A stretch of DNA of 64,000 nt from Salisapilia sapeloensis CBS 127946 (lineage: Eukaryota > Protista > Oomycota), in NCBI GenBank assembly GCA_023334545.1, contig JAADVB010000013.1, positions 1-64,000 on the forward strand. Reading direction: 5' to 3'. Positions 58,005 to 64,000 of this stretch are shown here, one piece after another. The notes beneath the pieces were generated by a model that saw nothing but the letters and a program-made list of their open reading frames with translations, was not told the origin of the DNA and did no database searches. Position 1 is the first letter of the stretch; each line of letters starts with the position of its first letter. The position numbers were made by a program, and so were the translations under genes.

Positions 58005-58364
58005 ATGGAGCTCCTACTTGATCAACATCTACCGAATGTATCGATGGATATGCGTCTAAAAGCCAGCGCATGTCACTTATCTGCCTCTACGTGTCATTTT
58101 CCCTTCAGCAGTCACTAACATACAGCGTGTGGTACATGTTCTGACCTGCCACGACTGAACAGCAAATGTCCAGCTCTATCTACTTCCATGTCTTCCAATT
58201 CGACCGTTATTTCCATCAGATGTGGAAACTTCGCGCACAAATCCTTCCATTCCGCGCGCTGTCGTCTATGCAAACGTGCTCTAGATTCCTATGGCGTCCT
58301 ACATGGTGCGTATCGTGACCGTCGTCCACGACAATGTGATTGTTACATGACCAGCTGCCCATGA
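58005..58364 (+). CDS. Candidate small Cys-rich protein or spliced upstream ORF (101 aa)
   Basis: A 54-nt GT...CTAAC-ATACAG intron (58072-58125) removes the only in-frame stop; second exon has CGTC, CRLC, CDC; no recognisable homology. Confidence 0.25.
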
Positions 58365-58444
58365 CGCTTGAGCAGAGGCTACATTTGCTACACTTTGTTT
58401 TTGTATACACAAAGGTAATCGCCTCATTAAGCATAAATCGCACC

Positions 58445-59752
58445 ATGGAAGAAGACAGCAGCAGCCTTGATCCCATAAGGACGTTTTCGTTCGAGTCCAC
58501 ATCTCCAACGTTCTCTAGCACGACGGACGTCCCGGAGGAGGTTACTCAAGCTCCTCGAGCATCTCGCCAACGCTCGCTCTCTATGGACGATCGATCCGTC
58601 ACGTCACCGACACCTCAGCCGACCACGAAACAAGCGATGGCGTCTGCTTTCGCCAAATTCCGCACGTCTTCAGATACGTTGATGAAAAAAGCACAGAGCT
58701 TTCGATCTGTTCGTACTGGTCATAGCTTCACGTCTCCATTCAGCAAGCCTCGATGGGATCCACAAGGTCGCGTACTAAGTGCTTCGGCATCCTTTGAATT
58801 TCATGGAGAAGACGCCATGGCCATGGGATCGTACTTTCACATCGTGGCTGATGGTGTCTCGGCGCCAATGGCTCGATCGAAACAAAAGGATCAATCCAAG
58901 GGTGTGACGTCTGCCATCATCGCTAGAGCCTTGGTCAAGCACGTGGAAGAAGCTTTGAACGATGTGACGGAGAACCACAGGATGGCGATATCTGCCCAGA
59001 CGTTCGAATCGGCTATCGTACAAGGTATCAAGGCAGCACGTATCGAATGCTTTGAGCATCGAAAATCACGCATCGCATCCACATTGTCCGTGACGTACTT
59101 CGATCGGTGGCACTCCAAGCTCCTGGCGTTCACACTAGGTGACTCCAAGTGTATATTGCTTCGGAAGGGAGAGCTGGTCTTTGAAACCTCTTCGTGCGTC
59201 CGAGAATTCAACGTACCATGCATTGTCGGTCTTAGCAAACAAGTTTCTAGGAAAGATTATGTCGTTCAGCACTGTGCTCTCCAACCAGGCGACGTCGTCA
59301 TGACGTTTTCCGACGGCATTGCGGATAACATTTATGAAGATGAGCTTCTGTCGATCCTCAGTCCTTTAAAAGGAAAAGGAGAAACGAGTCAAGATGAGCT
59401 ACAGAGTGTGTGTGACGCGCTCGCGGACAAGTGTAAATGCCATGAAAAGAAAGACGGAGATACCGATGAACTGTTTCCGTTTGCGACAGCGGCAGTGAAC
59501 GAGTATGCGAATCGAGCTTTGTATGAAGTGTCAAGTATGCAGACGGATGTGCTGTCGAAAGAATCGAATCACTTGAGCTATTCCTCCGTACTCGCTCGGA
59601 AGCACGAAGGAAAGAAGACGTTGAGCAAAGAATTACGTCGGAATAGGAAGAACTATAAGCTACACTATACCTTGTCGCAACTTCGGAAGATGGCAGAGCT
59701 GTCGACGAACAAGCCCGACGACATCTCCCTGTGTATGACCAAACTCGTATGA
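58445..59752 (+). CDS. PP2C-family phosphatase, PTC7-like
   Basis: GEDA, VADGV, LGDS, SDGIADN, KPDDI metal-binding motifs. Confidence 0.85.
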   Translation: MEEDSSSLDPIRTFSFESTSPTFSSTTDVPEEVTQAPRASRQRSLSMDDRSVTSPTPQPTTKQAMASAFAKFRTSSDTLMKKAQSFRSVRTGHSFTSPFSKPRWDPQGRVLSASASFEFHGEDAMAMGSYFHIVADGVSAPMARSKQKDQSKGVTSAIIARALVKHVEEALNDVTENHRMAISAQTFESAIVQGIKAARIECFEHRKSRIASTLSVTYFDRWHSKLLAFTLGDSKCILLRKGELVFETSSCVREFNVPCIVGLSKQVSRKDYVVQHCALQPGDVVMTFSDGIADNIYEDELLSILSPLKGKGETSQDELQSVCDALADKCKCHEKKDGDTDELFPFATAAVNEYANRALYEVSSMQTDVLSKESNHLSYSSVLARKHEGKKTLSKELRRNRKNYKLHYTLSQLRKMAELSTNKPDDISLCMTKLV

Positions 59753-59842
59753 AGCGTCTCGATGGGAAGAGAGCGTTTCGAGTCTATATTCTTGATAGCA
59801 TGCAAATGTACGAATAAACCTGGTGGACAAAAGGTCTTGTTT

Positions 59843-60669
59843 TTATGATTGAAGATCGGCGATGGGGTTCGCGTGGATGGTAATGGACTCGATCGTGATG
59901 TCTTTCTCCGGTCGATGTTTCTTGTTCACTGGAACTTTTTCCATTGCGTCCAACGTTTCGAATCCGTCGATCAGTCTAGTTTTATATAAGAGAAAGAAGG
60001 TTGCATAGAAATCGATTCTCTTACTTGCCAAAGACGGTGTAGACGTTGTTCAAGTGAGGTTGTTTCGCATATGTGATAAAGAATTGCTGCTTGTTCGTAT
60101 TCGGACCACTGTTGGCCATGGAGACGATGCCTCGGCAATTGTGCTATGCAGCCGTTAGGTACATTTCAATGCGGTTGATAACGTCAACGTACTCGATTTT
60201 GAGGATGGAACTCGTCATCGATTGTACCACCCCAAATGCTTTCACCGCCTTTGCCTGTACCAGTGGGATCACCACCTTGGACTATGAAGCCTTTGATATT
60301 CCTATTTAACGGGATTAAGAACAAGCAGTAGGAGGAGTCGGGCGAATACATGTTTACCGGTGGAATGTGGTGTTGTCATAAGCACCACATGCACACAGAG
60401 CGAGAAAGTTCTAGACCAATAGCAACATGAATGCATATTAAAGCTGCAAAAGAAGTGTATAATAAATATACCTGTGCAGTCGTCGGTACTGTATCACAGA
60501 AGACCTCGATTTTCAGGTCACCGAGATTGGTGTGTAGCGTCACAGACTACATACAGCAAGACAAGCACATCATTAGTACAACCTAGCATCAGAGCAATGT
60601 ATATCAAACAGTAAAGCATAGAAAGTAGCCTGCTTTCTGCTCCTATCAAGTCCATAATCCACTCACCAT
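59843..60669 (-). CDS. PPIL3: Cyclophilin-type PPIase, PPIL3-like; first exon is the ATG alone
   Basis: M|[67 protein letters not shown]; first intron 60547-60666 (ATG|GTGAGT). Confidence 0.9.
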
Positions 60670-60692
60670 TTCGTTGTCAAATTCGTTGTCAA
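60670..60692. repeat. Adjacent 11-bp direct repeat TTCGTTGTCAA x2
   Basis: 60670-60680 and 60682-60692 identical, separated by one A. Confidence 0.8.
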
Positions 60693-60799
60693 TCTGCCTC
60701 ACTTCATTTCAGTATACACCCAAAAGTGGTACACAAAATACACAAAAGCCAAGACATGGTACAGGAGCTATAAACTATCAAAATTCAATTGTAATGGTT

Positions 60800-62509
60800 C
60801 TATCCGTCGCTCAACGGAGCAAATTCATTCACCTGCTTACTAACTGGAGGCGCATTGCACGTCTCCTGGGCCGGTTCCAATGCCTTCACCTCGTCTTTGG
60901 ATATCGATGGCATTGAAGCGCCATACACTTCCAGATAATTATTCATTCCATACGGCTCTGCTAAGTACGTCTCTTCCATCTCGCCTTTCAGTCGGATCAC
61001 AGCTACTGCGTGAGAGCACGGTATTAAAGTCTCTTGAAAAGATCCGCAGGAACACTGCCGGTTCACCAAATCGACATCAAATGTCCCGTTTACATCCTCC
61101 ACGACCGCTTTATCCGATCGTTGCGTCAGCACCATACAAGCAGGTGCAGTCTCTCGTGCCTTACTTAATAGGTTTTGCGCGAAATTCGAATGCTCAATAC
61201 CGTGTAAAATCGGTCTTCCTCTTCGAACGCGACGTATGCGTACGTCGTAGATCTTTTGCCAAATGCCAAGCAGAGCTTCCAACGCTGGTTTATCACGTTC
61301 ATCTGTCAGGTCATTGCTGACACTCTGAACCAGTTCCAGTGACGTCTGTCCAAAGCGTGGAGCAGGTGACTTGGAAGCTGCGTACATTTCCTTAGACCAA
61401 TGCCGATCTAAATATCGGACTGCCAATTGGTTCATTTCTCGTAGTACATCCATCTTCTGTGTGAATTGATGAGGCGGACTCGTGGCGACGTTATAAAAGG
61501 CGTCTGCTGTCTCCCGACCAAACTTGACAGACATGAGTCGACATAAAGAGTCAGCACAATAGCTCACGTGGGCTCTAGGAAGCATCGTCTGGATCGCTTC
61601 CTGGAGCGCATCGTCCTCTCCTGCACCGCGCAATCGCTCCATGATCATAGAAAATGGCGTTATAGCGAGAGATGGGATGGCACGAATGAGAAGAGACAGG
61701 AAGCGCTGCCAGACATTTGAGTCGACGCGATCGACTAGTGAAAAGGCGAGAAGAGTGCTCGAGCCATTACCATCCATACCTACAGCCAGTAGAAGCTGCA
61801 TGTTGTATGCATGACAGCACGGTGTTTTGCCGATCTCAAGTAGAGGAAGGCTATGAACGAATGCATTGCTACTAATGGATGGAGCGATGAACATACTTCG
61901 AAAGCAACTACCCGTGTCGTCGATTTCAAGGTCGACGACGGCATTCGGATCCTTCATTCGGATCAAATTACATAGTCGAGGGAGGTTGTAGAATTGCGAC
62001 CGCTCTCCTTCTTCCTGCCTCTTTTGTAATAAGCGTAATACTCGATGAGCAGCATGGTAGTCTAATGGTTGGCCGACATGATTTAAAACGGCGTCCTGAA
62101 TATCTTTTGGACGCGTACGTGTCGAGATTTCGAGTAGAGATGGTACCATCTCGGATAAATATCCCAGTCGATTCACGGACGCTCGACGTCGTGGTTTCTC
62201 TGCGTCTGAATCCGGGCTGTCGGGAGATATGCCTTGGGCATCATGAACACACGTGTGATGGTCGATACAGACGGTCACTACAACTTTACCGATACGAGGC
62301 TTCCAGAAAGCTCGTACACGGAATGGACAATCCGGGTATTGAGTGCAGACGACGACGTACACCTGGCGTTTACACTTCTTGTACTTGGTCGTGAACTGAG
62401 CTTGGACGGCCCATCGCCGCATGGCCGCTTTAAAGCCAGCAAAGGTCGAAAACTCTTTACCGAGCGACAGCGCCGCTGGAAAGGTGGACGCATCGAGCGT
62501 GGTCGCCAT
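60800..62509 (-). CDS. Mutator (MULE) transposase-derived protein: MuDR DNA-binding domain, degenerate DDE core, intact SWIM finger
   Basis: LSLGKEFSTFAGFKAAMRRWA...C..CPFRVRA...H.C (MuDR DBD); LLLAVGMDGNG..LLAFSLV (MULE core); CSCG...IPCSH SWIM; intact ORF; no terminal inverted repeats seen. Confidence 0.88.
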   Translation of the reverse strand: MATTLDASTFPAALSLGKEFSTFAGFKAAMRRWAVQAQFTTKYKKCKRQVYVVVCTQYPDCPFRVRAFWKPRIGKVVVTVCIDHHTCVHDAQGISPDSPDSDAEKPRRRASVNRLGYLSEMVPSLLEISTRTRPKDIQDAVLNHVGQPLDYHAAHRVLRLLQKRQEEGERSQFYNLPRLCNLIRMKDPNAVVDLEIDDTGSCFRSMFIAPSISSNAFVHSLPLLEIGKTPCCHAYNMQLLLAVGMDGNGSSTLLAFSLVDRVDSNVWQRFLSLLIRAIPSLAITPFSMIMERLRGAGEDDALQEAIQTMLPRAHVSYCADSLCRLMSVKFGRETADAFYNVATSPPHQFTQKMDVLREMNQLAVRYLDRHWSKEMYAASKSPAPRFGQTSLELVQSVSNDLTDERDKPALEALLGIWQKIYDVRIRRVRRGRPILHGIEHSNFAQNLLSKARETAPACMVLTQRSDKAVVEDVNGTFDVDLVNRQCSCGSFQETLIPCSHAVAVIRLKGEMEETYLAEPYGMNNYLEVYGASMPSISKDEVKALEPAQETCNAPPVSKQVNEFAPLSDG

Positions 62510-62841
62510 TAATTTCTTCGTGGATGGACAGGCCAAGGTCGTACGATTAGTGTACTTCTGTCTACCAAAGGCTTCTCGCAGTTGTTTGTTATGGTTAGAA
62601 ACATGTTAGGATCATAGGTAACATCAATCCCACTGTTTGTAGCGCTCCCACTTGCTACTCATCAACTGCAGTTCGTTCATTTTTACTAGAGACATGTGCT
62701 ATTTACATGGAGATACAGGAATACATTCGGATTCATCAAAGATTTTCTAGTCGTTTGTTGAAAGAGGTACAATCAAGTGTGTACACACGACGGGTTGTTG
62801 AGATGTTGTGTTTTCGGTTTAGAAAGCAATGAACATGTTCT

Positions 62842-63708
62842 CTATTCCTCTTCACTTTCGTCGGAAGCGAAGAGCATTTCACAGATGCGGTCGTCGAGTG
62901 ACCACTCGTCTTCACAAGCTGGGAAAGCAAGCAAGAAGGCAATGATATCACTAGGTTCCTGATCCTGTAAATCTAACCATTCGACAATCTCCAAGACGGT
63001 TTTGCCTTCGAAATGGAAATTTGTCACTTGCTCACCAAAGCGGTCATTTTCAGCACTCGTAGCTGACATTGAGCTGTCACGATGAGACTCGGGGTCGTCG
63101 TCAAAGTTACTTTCGTACATCTCTCGAGGGTACTCGGACGGTGTCTGCAGTTCGATTTCGGCCCATAGCTCTTGTTTCGTATGGACACCAAAGCCGACGC
63201 TTACTTTGAAATGCACATGAGTCAATATGGCCGAGTCATCGTTGTCATCGTTTTCGTCGCTTTCAATAGCAGTCGCAGCTTTATATCTAGCGAACTCATA
63301 CTTTACGATAAGCTCTGTCGAGTTATCCTCGACGGCCTTCTTTCGCTTTTTGTTCTTGTGCTGAGAATTGTTCGGGCGTTGCCATACCACTGTGGTTGTC
63401 ATCGTGACGTTACGATCATCGTCATAGCTACATTCATGCTCCTGGACTATCATCGAATCCATAAGATCTTTAAATGCAGTCGTTGGGGTGTCCATTGCGA
63501 CTCCATCGACCAAGTCCTTGGCAGTTGGATGCATGAGCATCTTGCTTTTCAGCCTCTGTGTGTCATACGCACGTTTAGTGTACGCATAGAGCTCCCTGAG
63601 AGCGTCTTCTCTCATTGCAACATCATTCTCTTCTAGTTGTTTCACAGCAGCTTCGGCTGCAGACGCCACGGCACTGCCGATACTACTAAATCGAGCATTT
63701 CCAGTCAT
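62842..63708 (-). CDS. Hypothetical acidic protein (288 aa)
   Basis: Long ORF with ATG start and protein-like composition; no recognised domain. Confidence 0.7.
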   Translation of the reverse strand: MTGNARFSSIGSAVASAAEAAVKQLEENDVAMREDALRELYAYTKRAYDTQRLKSKMLMHPTAKDLVDGVAMDTPTTAFKDLMDSMIVQEHECSYDDDRNVTMTTTVVWQRPNNSQHKNKKRKKAVEDNSTELIVKYEFARYKAATAIESDENDDNDDSAILTHVHFKVSVGFGVHTKQELWAEIELQTPSEYPREMYESNFDDDPESHRDSSMSATSAENDRFGEQVTNFHFEGKTVLEIVEWLDLQDQEPSDIIAFLLAFPACEDEWSLDDRICEMLFASDESEEE

Positions 63709-63793
63709 TTTGTCTACTTTTGATGTTGTTTCGAACGATTTTCAAACGGTTCGAAAAACCGGACTAGGACACTAAACGCGGACACAAACGAGT

Positions 63794-64000
63794 ATGAACG
63801 TGCCGAAGTGCGGTGCCGACGGAGAAGCTCTTGCTGGGGAAGATTATGCGCTGCATATGAGACAGCAATTCCGATCCTTTGAAGAGTTTAAGACTGCCTT
63901 GTTAAAATGGGCATTGCACGCACACTTCTCTCCTCGCATTCGATATTCGAATAAGCGCTATAAAGTCGCTGTCTGTATGAACGCACCGAAAGAATGTCCC
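63794..64000 (+). CDS. 5' part of a second MuDR/MULE DNA-binding-domain gene (runs off window)
   Basis: LHMRQQFRSFEEFKTALLKWALHAHF...KVAVCMNAPKECP aligns with LSLGKEFSTFAGFKAAMRRWAVQAQF...VVVCTQYPDCP of the 60800-62509 gene. Confidence 0.75.
   Translation, partial: MNVPKCGADGEALAGEDYALHMRQQFRSFEEFKTALLKWALHAHFSPRIRYSNKRYKVAVCMNAPKECP

Noticed and set aside
60800-62700. Interpretation of the MULE gene as an active autonomous transposon
   Set aside because: Catalytic residues appear substituted and no terminal inverted repeats are visible on either side
1-64000. Prokaryotic features (CRISPR arrays, operons, rRNA, IS elements)
   Set aside because: Spliceosomal introns and eukaryote-specific genes throughout; no spaced direct-repeat arrays or rRNA-like sequence seen

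Overview
Compact, gene-dense eukaryotic nuclear DNA, very likely from an oomycete (stramenopile). Support: INR/FPR-type core promoter motifs, an elicitin-like secreted gene, and GT-AG introns of mostly 46-64 nt with CTAAC/CTGAT-like branch points. The window holds a 5'-truncated tRNA-Cys and about 37 protein-coding genes, many head-to-head or tail-to-tail with very short gaps. Recognisable housekeeping genes: COA4, PP2A B'', MPP6, HECT E3, TOM1-like, CCT4, UTP10, BMT5-like, MPST, RPAIN, TMEM128, G3PDH, QPRT, RAD16-like, ARL2, CCDC130, sarcosine oxidase, PTC7-like and PPIL3. Manual splicing revealed several genes that the ORF track fragments or misses. The most notable are a six-exon FANCF-like gene and a six-exon orphan that aligns collinearly with FANCC, suggesting a Fanconi-anaemia C-E-F module in oomycetes. 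Also present: a single UBA/beta-rich/UBA/AGC-kinase fusion gene; a tandem trio of divergent amphipathic-helix paralogues; and two Mutator (MULE)-derived genes, one with the catalytic DDE lost, consistent with domestication. All homology calls come from motif recognition and remembered reference sequences, not database searches.
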